A stretch of DNA of 64,000 bases from Conexibacter sp. (GTDB taxonomy: Bacteria; Actinomycetota; Thermoleophilia; Solirubrobacterales; Solirubrobacteraceae). Where the stretch lies: assembly GCA_045805465.1 (NCBI GenBank), contig JBJMLB010000114.1, forward strand, positions 2,375 to 66,374, given 5' to 3'. Positions 45,498 through 54,233 of the stretch are shown one piece after another (position 1 is the stretch's first letter; each line of letters opens with the position of its first letter). The notes under the pieces were generated by a model. That model did not search any database and was not told the DNA's origin. It saw only the letters and a program-made list of their open reading frames with translations. The translations under genes and the position numbers were made by a program.

Positions 45498-47824
45498 GCG
45501 GCCGCTCCGGAGCCGGCGGCGACGATCCACTCCGGCAGGATCGGCAACGACGTGACCTCGACACCGACCGCGTCCGAGACGGCGTTGGCGATCGCCGCGC
45601 CCGCCGCCGTCGTGCCGCCCTCGCCGGCGCCCTTGGCGCCGAGCGGCACGCGCGGGGTTGGGGCATGCTCGGTGATCAGCAGCGCCAGCTCTGGCACCTC
45701 GGTCGCCGTCGGCAGCAGGTAGTCCATGAGCGATCCGGCGACCAGCTGGCCGTCCTCGTCGTAGGCGAGGTGCTCGTAGAGCGCGCCGCCGAGCCCCTGC
45801 GCGAAGCCGCCCAGAAGCTGGCCCTCGACGAGCTTCGGGTTGATCGCGCGGCCGACGTCGTACGCGATCGAGTAGCGCTCGATCCTGACGCTCCCCAGCT
45901 CGACGTCGAGCTCGACGGCGGCGCAGTGCAGGCCGTACGGGAAGCTCATCTGCTCGCTCGTGAAGGTCGCCTCGTCGCTGAGCGCATCCGTCGCCGCGGC
46001 GGCCAGCGCGGCCAGCGACAGCGTCGCGCGCGGGCTGCCGCGCACCTTGAAGCGACCCTGCGCCAGCTCGAGCTCGCCGGGGGCGCACTCGAGCTGCTCG
46101 GCAGCCGTCTCCAGGAGCCGCGCGCGCAGCGCGACGGAGGCCTCCGCGACGGCCGCGCCGCCGAGGCTCGTCCCGCGGCTGCCGAACGAGCCCATGCCCT
46201 TCGGCACCTCGTCGGTGTCGCCGTGCCGCACGCCGATCGCCTCGTAGGGCACGTCGAGCGTCTCGGCGCAGATCTGCGCGAGCACCGTCTCCAGGCCCTG
46301 GCCGAGCGAGGCGGCGCCGGTGTAGACGACGACCGCGCCGTTGTCCTCGACCTCGACGCGCGCGTACTCCCACACGCCGATCCCGCTCTTCTCGACGAAC
46401 AGCGCGACGCCCAGCCCACGCCGCAGGTGGGGCGCGACCTCGGCGTCGCGCCAGGCGCGCATGCGCTCGTAGCCGAAGTGCTCGAGCCCCTCATCGAGCA
46501 GGCGCGGGTAGTCGCCGCTGTCGTAGACGACGGGGTGGCCGTCGGTGCTGCTGCCGTTCGCGTAGGGCATCTGCTCGGGCAGCACGAGGTTCTGCCGGCG
46601 CAGCTCGCAGGGGTCGCGGCCCAGCTTGCGGGCGGCGACGTCGATCACGCGCTCGCGCGCGAGCGTCGCCTCGTAGCGCCCGGGCGCGCGGTAGGTGCCG
46701 GCAGGCGTCTTGTTGGTCACGACCTGACGCACGTCGAGCGCCAGCGCCGGGAAGCGATAGGGGCCCGGCAGCAGACCGGCGCTCATGCCGGGCACGACGC
46801 CCCCGTGCGTACGCACGTACGCGCCCGTGTTCATGACGATCTCGGCCCGCAGCCCCAGGAAGGTGCCGTCGGCGGCCAGCGCGATCGCGATCCGCTCGGT
46901 CTGCTCGCGCGAGTGGTTGGTGGCGCGCAGGTGCTCCTCGCGGTCCTCGGTCCAGCGCACGGGGCGGCCGAGCCGGATCGCGCAGAAGGGGATCAGGTAG
47001 TCCTCGGGATACAGCTCGCCGCGCGCGCCGAAGCCGCCGCCGACGTGCGGCTCGACGAAGCGGATGCGCTCCAGCGGCCAGTCGAGCATGCCCGCGAGCA
47101 GCTTGCGGTTCGTGTGGGCGACCTTGGTGGGGCCCCAGACAGTGAGCTGGGCGCCATCGTCGCTGGTCGCGGCGAGCAGGCCGCGCGTCTCCATCGGCAC
47201 GGCTGCGTGGCGCCCGCAGCCGATCAGCTCCTCGACGACGAGGTCGGCCGCGGCGAACGCGGCGGCGGCGTCGCCGTCGGCGATCTCGTACGCCGAGACG
47301 AGGTTGGAGCCGGCCTCGGGGTGCAGCAGCGGCGCCTCGTCCGCCATCGCCGCGGTGGCGTCGAGCGCGACGGGCAGCGGCTCCCAGTCGACCTCGATCA
47401 GCTCCAGCGCGTCTTCGGCGACGTAGCGCGAGTCGGCCACGACGACCGCGACGGGCTCGCCGACGTAGCGCACGCGCCCGCGCGCGAGCGGGCGCTGCAG
47501 GAAGCGCTCCATCCCCGGGCGGGGGAACATCCGGATCGGGATCGGAGGACCGCCGCCCGGCAGGTCGGCCGAGCTGATGACGTCCACGACGCCGTCGTGC
47601 CCGCGCGCGGCGCTCGTGTCGATCGCGCGCACGCGGCCGTGCGGCAGTGGGGAGCGCAGGATCGCCGCGTGCAGCGCGTCGGGCGACGGCAGGTCGTCGA
47701 CGAAGCGTCCCGCGCCGCGCAGCAGGACGTCGTCCTCCTTGCGCAGCGGCGAGCTGCCGATCGGCCACGTCGGCGCGTCCTCGGTGGGAACGGCGGGCGC
47801 TGGCAGGACCGTCGACTGCGTCAT
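45494..47824 (-). CDS. CoxL/xanthine dehydrogenase-family molybdopterin large subunit (module B)
   Basis: LRKEDDVLLRGAGRFVDD, KTPAGTYRAPGRYE and LGAKGAGEGGT support the family. The protein aligns collinearly with the module A large subunit. Confidence 0.85.
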   Translation of the reverse strand: MTQSTVLPAPAVPTEDAPTWPIGSSPLRKEDDVLLRGAGRFVDDLPSPDALHAAILRSPLPHGRVRAIDTSAARGHDGVVDVISSADLPGGGPPIPIRMFPRPGMERFLQRPLARGRVRYVGEPVAVVVADSRYVAEDALELIEVDWEPLPVALDATAAMADEAPLLHPEAGSNLVSAYEIADGDAAAAFAAADLVVEELIGCGRHAAVPMETRGLLAATSDDGAQLTVWGPTKVAHTNRKLLAGMLDWPLERIRFVEPHVGGGFGARGELYPEDYLIPFCAIRLGRPVRWTEDREEHLRATNHSREQTERIAIALAADGTFLGLRAEIVMNTGAYVRTHGGVVPGMSAGLLPGPYRFPALALDVRQVVTNKTPAGTYRAPGRYEATLARERVIDVAARKLGRDPCELRRQNLVLPEQMPYANGSSTDGHPVVYDSGDYPRLLDEGLEHFGYERMRAWRDAEVAPHLRRGLGVALFVEKSGIGVWEYARVEVEDNGAVVVYTGAASLGQGLETVLAQICAETLDVPYEAIGVRHGDTDEVPKGMGSFGSRGTSLGGAAVAEASVALRARLLETAAEQLECAPGELELAQGRFKVRGSPRATLSLAALAAAATDALSDEATFTSEQMSFPYGLHCAAVELDVELGSVRIERYSIAYDVGRAINPKLVEGQLLGGFAQGLGGALYEHLAYDEDGQLVAGSLMDYLLPTATEVPELALLITEHAPTPRVPLGAKGAGEGGTTAAGAAIANAVSDAVGVEVTSLPILPEWIVAAGSGAAA

Positions 47825-48498
47825 GCGCGCGCGCGGACCTTGAGCTCGATCGAGGGGCCGCGGCGCCCGCGCGCGCGCAGCAGGCCGAGCGCCACCAGCA
47901 CGGCGACGAGCACGCCGGCGACGCCGAGCTCGCGGCGGTAGTTGCGCCAGACCATGCCGCCGAGGTCGAGCGTCGCCGCCTCGTCCTCGGGCAGTGCGGC
48001 GGGACTGCCGGCGTCGTCTGTCTCGGCGCGCGTCACGCCCGCGGCGGTGTCGAGCACGAGCTGCTGCAGGCGGGCGGCGAAGTCGTCGAGCATGCGCCCG
48101 GCGACGTCCTGCATCATGCCGCGGCCGAACTGGGCAGGCCGACCGGTGATGTCGAGCGTGGTCGCGACGACGACGCGGGTCTCGCCATCCTGCTCGCTCA
48201 GCTCGTTGCGGATCGTCGCGGTCGCGGTGCCGGTGCCCTTCGTCTCCTTCGCCTGTGCGCGGAAGACGGTCACGTGGCTATCCTCGTCGACCTCGGCCAG
48301 GCGGACGGTGCCGCCGTACTGCACGCTGACCGGGCCGATCCGCATCTTCATCTGACCGCGGTAGGCGCCGTCCTCGCCGACCGGCTCGATCGTCGCGCCC
48401 GGCAGGCACGACGCCACGCGCTCGACGTCGAGCAGCGCCGCCCAGGTCTGCTGCAGAGGCGCCGCCACGAGAAATTCATTGTTCAAGGTGACAGACAA
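47821..48498 (-). CDS. CoxG-like SRPBCC protein with C-terminal TM anchor (module B)
   Basis: FLVAAPLQQTWAALLDVERVASCLPGA...GPVSVQYGGTV..., followed by the TM helix LGVAGVLVAVLVALGLL. Confidence 0.8.
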   Translation of the reverse strand: MSVTLNNEFLVAAPLQQTWAALLDVERVASCLPGATIEPVGEDGAYRGQMKMRIGPVSVQYGGTVRLAEVDEDSHVTVFRAQAKETKGTGTATATIRNELSEQDGETRVVVATTLDITGRPAQFGRGMMQDVAGRMLDDFAARLQQLVLDTAAGVTRAETDDAGSPAALPEDEAATLDLGGMVWRNYRRELGVAGVLVAVLVALGLLRARGRRGPSIELKVRARA

Positions 48499-48581
48499 GT
48501 TCGACTCCCTGGGCGGATGGATCAGGCGTGCGACACCGCAAAGTTATCACCGGTCGTTAGGCGCGTAAACTGCGGTGGCGG

Positions 48582-49496
48582 TCATTCGTGCGTGAGCACG
48601 AGCGCTCCACGCGGGACGCGGCGCTGCCACTGCCCATCCGCCAAGACCATGAGAAACGCTGATGCGAGCCCGCTGAAGGCGCTCGCCGCCGTGTACGCCG
48701 CGATCTCCCAGACGACCGGCGGGTCGAGCCGGTGGGCGGCCTGGCGCAGCTCGCTCGGCACGTTCGCGAGCGGCAGCGCGGCCGGGCCCAGGCCGGCCGC
48801 GCCCATGCGCGCCGCGCTCTCGAGCTGCGTCGTGGTGAGCGCGGCCTTCGGCGTGAAGCCGGAGCGCTCGCAGGCCTGCTGCACGATGTCGCGGAGCCCG
48901 TGCTCGGGCTCGTAGAGGACCCACTCGTCGTGCGCCAGCGCAGCCAGCGGGACCGGCGCCCCGGCGTGGCTGAGCGGCTGGTCCGGGCTCAGGACGACGA
49001 CCAGCTCGTCCCATCCGAGCGGGCGCACGGCACCGCGCCACTGCGTCGGCCGTGGCGCGATGCCGAGGTCCGCTTCGCCTGCTGCAACGAGGTTTTCGAC
49101 GTCATGGCGGTTCGCGAACTCGTGCACGCGCAGCGTCGTGAAGCGGCTGGTCAGCCGCCAGCGGCGGATGCAGTCGGGCAGCACGGACGCGGCCAGCGAC
49201 TGCACGGTGGCGATGTCGAGCCGCGAGGCTTGGCCCTTCGCGGCCTCGCGCCCGGCCGCGAGCGCGCGCGAGGCCGACGTCACGGAGATGCGCGCCTCGG
49301 CCGCGAGCGCCTGACCCGCGGAGGTCAGCCGCACCGGCCGCGGCGGACGCTCCAGCAGCGTCGCCCCGACCTCAGCCTCGAGCGCGCGGACCTGCTGGGA
49401 GAGGGCGGGCTGGGAGACGCCGAGCCGGCGACTGGCGACGGTGAAGGAGCCGCACTCGGCGACCGCGAGCAGGTACTCGAGCTGCTTCAGGGTCAT
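48582..49496 (-). CDS. LysR-family transcriptional regulator
   Basis: MTLKQLEYLLAVAECGSFTVASRRLGVSQPALSQQVRALEAEVG supports the call. Confidence 0.9.
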   Translation of the reverse strand: MTLKQLEYLLAVAECGSFTVASRRLGVSQPALSQQVRALEAEVGATLLERPPRPVRLTSAGQALAAEARISVTSASRALAAGREAAKGQASRLDIATVQSLAASVLPDCIRRWRLTSRFTTLRVHEFANRHDVENLVAAGEADLGIAPRPTQWRGAVRPLGWDELVVVLSPDQPLSHAGAPVPLAALAHDEWVLYEPEHGLRDIVQQACERSGFTPKAALTTTQLESAARMGAAGLGPAALPLANVPSELRQAAHRLDPPVVWEIAAYTAASAFSGLASAFLMVLADGQWQRRVPRGALVLTHE

Positions 49497-49502
49497 AGGA
49501 AT

Positions 49503-49517
49503 ATCTTATGCGAAGAT
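49503..49517. promoter_or_regulatory. LysR-type T-N11-A palindrome next to the lysR start
   Basis: ATCTT-ATGCG-AAGAT lies 7 nt upstream of the minus-strand lysR ATG, in the divergent intergenic region. Confidence 0.4.
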
Positions 49518-49702
49518 TCGCGACCCGTCTTTGCGCCCGTGTGCAGGACGACTTATCCTCCTCCGGCGACCGACGGACGGAACATCCGCTCGGCGTCATG
49601 AATCGTGCGACGTCGCTCATGAGCGTTACGTGATGCTGCCGCGCTGAATTCAGCTGGGTGCGAGTCGTACTTCGTCGCCTCACCCCGCACGCAAGGAGAG
49701 CT

Positions 49703-50383
49703 GTGAGCATTGCATCGCAACACACGACGCTCGTCGACCTGACTATGCCGCTGTCGTCGAAGACGATCCCGGTGCCCGGACATCCGGCTCCGATGCTCAC
49801 CCCGCTGCACCTGCTCGAACGCGACGGCGTGCGCAACACGCTCATGTGCATGAGCCTGCACACAGGCACGCACGTCGACGCGCCCTCGCACTTCATCGAG
49901 GACGGCAGCGCGATCGACGAGATCCCGCTGGAGCGCTTCCACCGCCCGGGTCTGCGGCTCGACCTGACGGGGATCGCGCCGGGCGCCGCGATCTCGCTCG
50001 AGAACCTGCGCCGCGCCGGCTTCGACCCGGGCAGCACGCGCGACACGATCCTGCTGCTCGCCAGCGGCTGGAGCGACGCTGCCTGGCAGGAGCCGCGCCT
50101 CTACGGCGGCAACCCCTACCTCGCGACCGACGCGGCCGAGGCGATCGCCGAGGCCGGGCCGTCCGCGATCGGGCTCGACTTCGCCGTCGACCACGCCAAG
50201 CCGTGGCCCAACCACAGCATCCTGCTCAGCGCCGACGTGCTGCTGATCGAGAACCTGATGGGCCTGCCGGCGCTGCCCGAGCGCGACTTCGACGTGCTCA
50301 GCTTCCCGCTGCGGATCGAGGGCGAGAACGGCGCGCCTGCGCGCGTCGTCGCCTCCGTGCCGTCCGGGACGGCGGCGGCGTGA
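49703..50383 (+). CDS. cyclase-family protein (formamidase / isatin hydrolase fold)
   Basis: The HTGTHVDAPSH motif is present. GTG 49703 is preceded by AAGGAGAG. Track ORF start 49658 is less likely. Confidence 0.8.
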   Translation: MSIASQHTTLVDLTMPLSSKTIPVPGHPAPMLTPLHLLERDGVRNTLMCMSLHTGTHVDAPSHFIEDGSAIDEIPLERFHRPGLRLDLTGIAPGAAISLENLRRAGFDPGSTRDTILLLASGWSDAAWQEPRLYGGNPYLATDAAEAIAEAGPSAIGLDFAVDHAKPWPNHSILLSADVLLIENLMGLPALPERDFDVLSFPLRIEGENGAPARVVASVPSGTAAA

Positions 50384-50790
50384 AGCTCACGCGCGTCAAC
50401 CACCTCGGCGTCGTCATCGACGACCTCGAGACGGCGATCCACGGCTTCGAGACGCTGCTCGGCCTGCCGATCACCTCGACCGAGCGCTACGGCGACGAGC
50501 TCGACATCATCTTCCTGCCCTGCGGCGACACGCAGGTCGAGCTGATCCGCCCGCTGAAGGACGGCGACACCGCCTCCTGGCTCGGCACCAACGGCCCCGG
50601 GATCCAGCACGTCGCGTTCGAGGTCGAGGATCTCGCCGCGTCGCTGGCGGAGCTGGCCGAGCGCGGCGTCGGCACGGTCGGCGCCGCCCCACGGCCTGGC
50701 GCGGGCAACACGATCATCGCCTTCCTCGAGCCGCAGCACTTCGGCGGGATCGTGGTCGAGCTGTGCCAGCCGCTTCCGGCCGGCACCTGA
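50380..50790 (+). CDS. VOC-superfamily protein, methylmalonyl-CoA epimerase-like
   Basis: GTGA overlap with the upstream gene. LTRVNHLGVVIDDLETAI..F...LG...VELIRP...GPGIQHVAFEVEDL supports the call. Confidence 0.75.
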   Translation: MKLTRVNHLGVVIDDLETAIHGFETLLGLPITSTERYGDELDIIFLPCGDTQVELIRPLKDGDTASWLGTNGPGIQHVAFEVEDLAASLAELAERGVGTVGAAPRPGAGNTIIAFLEPQHFGGIVVELCQPLPAGT

Positions 50791-50829
50791 CCGCGATGCC
50801 CGACCCCCTCGCTCGCCGGGCGGGCCGGC

Positions 50830-52422
50830 GTGCCCATGCCTGAGCAGCCGGCGCCCGCCGCGGCGGCGCTCGCAGCCTGGAGGCGCCATGGGGCGGACGG
50901 GGATCCGCAGCAGCTGCGCGCCGCGCTGGCCGCCGGCACCCTGTCGGAGGCGTTCGCCGCGACCGCCGCCCGGGTGCCCGAGCGGCCGGCGCTGACGGTC
51001 GACGACCGCACGGCGACCCACGGGGAGCTGGACGCAGCCGCCGCATGCGTTGCCGGATGGCTGGTCGAGCGCGGCCTGCAGGCGGGCGACAGGATCCTGC
51101 TCGCCGGGCCCAGCTCGCTCGAGCTGATCCACGCCTACCTCGGCGCCCTGCGCGCCGGCGCGATCGTCGTCTTCGCCGACCCGCGCGCGACGGTGCCCGA
51201 GCTCGCGCACCTAATCGCCGACGCGCAGCCCCGTCTTGCGTTCGCCTGCGGCGAGCAGCTCCAGACGCTGCGCGGGGACGCGATCGCCGGGACCCCGCTC
51301 GGGCTCGGTGCGATCGCGCTGGAGCGCGGTGGAGCCGAGCCCACGCTGACGCAGGCGCTGGAAGGTTCGCCGATCGCGCCTATCGCGCCTGTCGCCGCCC
51401 TGCTCGCCTACACATCGGGGACGACCGGCGAGCCGAAGGGCGCGCTGCTGTCGCACGGCAACGTGCTCGCCTCGATTCGCGGCGCGCTGACGGCATGGCG
51501 CTGGAGTGAGGACGACGTGCTGGTCCACGCGCTCCCGCTGTCCCACCAGCACGGGCTCAGCGGCGTCCACGCCGCGCTGCTGACCGGCTCGCACACGGTC
51601 GTGCTTTCGAAGTTCGACCCGCGGGCGCTGGACAGCGCAGTCGAGCGCCACGGCGCGACGGTCCTCTTCGCCGTCCCCTCGATCTACGAGCGGCTCGTCG
51701 CGCACGGCCCGCTGCGGGCGCTGCGCGGCCTGCGGCTGGCCACCTGCGGCTCGGCGCCGTTGACCGTCGAGCTGGGCGAGCGCGTGGGCGAGCTGCTCGG
51801 CCAGCTCCCGCTCGAGCGCTACGGCTCCACGGAGGCCGGCCTCGACGTCTCGAACCCCTACGACGGCCCACGCGTGCTCGGTCGCGTCGGGCTCCCGCTC
51901 CCGGGCGTGGAGGTCGACGTCGACGGCGCGGGCGAGGACGGCGTCGGCGAGCTGCTCGTGCGCGGGCCACAGGTCTTCGACGGCTACTGGCGCCGCGAGA
52001 AGGCGACGGCCGAGGCGTTCGCCGACGGCTGGTTCCGCACCGGCGACCTCGCGCGGATCGACCCTGAGACGGGCTACGTCGCGATCGTCGGGCGCAGCAA
52101 GGAGATGATCATCTCCGGCGGGCTCAACGTCTATCCGGCGGAGGTCGAGCGCGTCATCGTCGAGCACCCCTCGGTCGTCGCCGTCGCCGTCGCCGGCGTC
52201 CCGTCGCAGGCGTGGGGGGAGGAGGTCGTCGCGTTCGTCGTCCCGGCCGCGGTCGCGGTCGCGCAGGACGAGCTCGTGGCCTTCTGCCGCGAGCGGATGT
52301 CCGCCTACAAGTGCCCCAAGCGCGTGGTGACCGTCGCCGAGCTGCCGCGCAACCGGATGGGCAAGGTCCGCCGGGACGTGCTCGTCGCAGACGTCGAGTC
52401 CGCGCCCGGTGCGGCCGGCTGA
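50830..52422 (+). CDS. AMP-dependent acyl-CoA synthetase/ligase
   Basis: The AMP-binding motif LAYTSGTTGEPKGALLSHGN is present, plus YGSTE, GWFRTGDLA and a C-terminal ...GKVRR. Confidence 0.85.
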   Translation: MPMPEQPAPAAAALAAWRRHGADGDPQQLRAALAAGTLSEAFAATAARVPERPALTVDDRTATHGELDAAAACVAGWLVERGLQAGDRILLAGPSSLELIHAYLGALRAGAIVVFADPRATVPELAHLIADAQPRLAFACGEQLQTLRGDAIAGTPLGLGAIALERGGAEPTLTQALEGSPIAPIAPVAALLAYTSGTTGEPKGALLSHGNVLASIRGALTAWRWSEDDVLVHALPLSHQHGLSGVHAALLTGSHTVVLSKFDPRALDSAVERHGATVLFAVPSIYERLVAHGPLRALRGLRLATCGSAPLTVELGERVGELLGQLPLERYGSTEAGLDVSNPYDGPRVLGRVGLPLPGVEVDVDGAGEDGVGELLVRGPQVFDGYWRREKATAEAFADGWFRTGDLARIDPETGYVAIVGRSKEMIISGGLNVYPAEVERVIVEHPSVVAVAVAGVPSQAWGEEVVAFVVPAAVAVAQDELVAFCRERMSAYKCPKRVVTVAELPRNRMGKVRRDVLVADVESAPGAAG

Positions 52423-52460
52423 ACCAGCTTCACGTACACGAACACGAGAGAGGACATCGC

Positions 52461-53258
52461 ATGGATCTCGGACTGAAGGGACAGACCGTCCTGATCACCG
52501 GCGGAAGTCGTGGCATCGGCTTCTCGACCGCGCGGCTGCTGGTCGAGGAAGGCTGCAAGGTGGCGATCGCCGCCCGCGACCAGGGCCGCCTCGACGAGGC
52601 GGTCGAGGAGCTGTCGGCAGCCGGGTCCGGCGAGGTCGCCGCGTTCTGCGGCGACATGACGGACTCCAAGGAGGTCGAGCGCGTCGTCGACGAGGTGATC
52701 GCGCGCTTCTCCGCCATCGACGTGCTCGTCACCTGCGCGGGATCTTCTCCGGGCGGTCTGCTCGAGGAGCTGACCGAGGAGCAGTGGGCCTCTTCCCTTG
52801 GACTCAAGTTCATGGGTTACGTGCGCTCCTGCCGCGCGGTCATCCCGCGCATGCGCGAGAACGGCGGCGGCTCGATCGTCCTCGTCGTCGGCAACGACGG
52901 CCTCAAGCCGAGCTACTGGGAGATGACGGCGGGCGCCGCAAACGCCGCCGACATTAACTTCGCCTCTTCGCTGGCGGAGCAGTACGGCCCAGCCGGCATT
53001 CGCGTCAACACGGTCAACCCCGGCCCCGTCGACACCGGCCGCTGGGACCTGCTCGAGGCCGCCTTCTCGCGCGACAAGAAGGTCGACCGCGAGCGGGCGC
53101 ACGAGCTCGTGCTCAAGTCGCTGCCGCTCAACCGCATCTGCACCCCGGACGAGGTCGCCAATCTCGTCGCGTTCGTCGCCTCGCCGCGCGCGAGCTACAT
53201 CAACGGCGCGCACATCCCGATCGACGGCGGTCAGCGCAAGTCGCTGATGGACCTGTAG
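52461..53258 (+). CDS. SDR-family oxidoreductase
   Basis: TGGSRGIG (NAD(P)-binding motif) and the catalytic-region pattern ...SYWEMTAGAANAA... and IRVNTVNPGPV support the call. Confidence 0.85.
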   Translation: MDLGLKGQTVLITGGSRGIGFSTARLLVEEGCKVAIAARDQGRLDEAVEELSAAGSGEVAAFCGDMTDSKEVERVVDEVIARFSAIDVLVTCAGSSPGGLLEELTEEQWASSLGLKFMGYVRSCRAVIPRMRENGGGSIVLVVGNDGLKPSYWEMTAGAANAADINFASSLAEQYGPAGIRVNTVNPGPVDTGRWDLLEAAFSRDKKVDRERAHELVLKSLPLNRICTPDEVANLVAFVASPRASYINGAHIPIDGGQRKSLMDL

Positions 53259-53292
53259 GGACGTTTCCCGCCGGGCCCCCCGGCCCCCGCCT

Positions 53293-53318
53293 GGCGAGCG
53301 CAGTCCCCAGCGCTCGCC
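53293..53318 (+). terminator. hairpin downstream of the SDR gene
   Basis: GGCGAGCGC-AGTCCCCA-GCGCTCGCC. There is no U-tract. Confidence 0.35.
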
Positions 53319-53855
53319 GGGCTTCGGCCGTGGAAGGGCCCGTCCTTCAGGCGCGGACGCCCGCCTGGCGTGGGCGGATTCGCCGGCGTGATGGCGACGA
53401 TGAGCGTTGTAAATGACGTCTACGTGGCTGAGCTGGCCGGGGTGCCACGCACGGTTTCATGGGTAGACGGTGGCGGGGCACGGCATGTGGACCTTCCGGT
53501 TGCGGGCGCGACGCTGCGCATGCCGACGGCGAGGCGTGAGCATCAGGCGACGGTTCAGGTGCTCTCGCCGGACTGGCCGACGACCCCTTGGCCGGATGCG
53601 CAGGTGCCTGCGATCGACGACCTGCCGCAGGTGTGGCAGGGGGCGGTGATCAAGCTCGCCGATCTCGTCGTTGTTCTTAGACGAGCGCGCCGGCGGCGTA
53701 GAGCCATCCGGCATAGGCGAACTTCCATTCGATCAAGCAGCGGTAGGTCTTGCGTGCCGGGCAGCTGGGTCACGTCACCGTGCTCGGGCGACCAAGGTGG
53801 ACGTGACGATGACCCTAAGCTGCGTCCGAATCGCGGAGGCAGCCCCGGGACCCGA

Positions 53856-54233
53856 TCAGGCCGAAGCCGTGCCGTCCTGCGGCACCAGCACGAAGGACTC
53901 GACTGCGACGTCCGGGTCGACGTGGTTGTCGCTGAGGAAGGCATGGACGGTCCGGCCTGTGATCTCTTCGATCGCGGCGATCAGGTCGGCGCGCATCGTG
54001 TTCTGGTAGGCCTTGCGGGTGCTCAGCACGAGATCGGTCTTGCCGTCGCGGACGAGGCTCTGCTCGCCCTTGGTGAGCGTGTCCTGGAGCACGACGGCGA
54101 TGAGGTCGTCGTTGACGTAGGTGCGCGCCTTGGTCGGCCCGCGACCGGTGTACTCGGCGAGCAGCCGCACGACCGTGTTGGAGATCGCGGCGCTGAGGCT
54201 GATTGCCGGGGGACGTTCCTGGGTGCCGGTCAT
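53856..54233 (-). CDS. DUF2294 / MpsC-family protein
   Basis: ISNTVVRLLAEYTGRGPTKARTYVNDDLIAVVLQDTLTKGEQSL....VLSTRKAYQNTMRADLIAAIEEITGR is the canonical DUF2294 pattern. Confidence 0.8.
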   Translation of the reverse strand: MTGTQERPPAISLSAAISNTVVRLLAEYTGRGPTKARTYVNDDLIAVVLQDTLTKGEQSLVRDGKTDLVLSTRKAYQNTMRADLIAAIEEITGRTVHAFLSDNHVDPDVAVESFVLVPQDGTASA

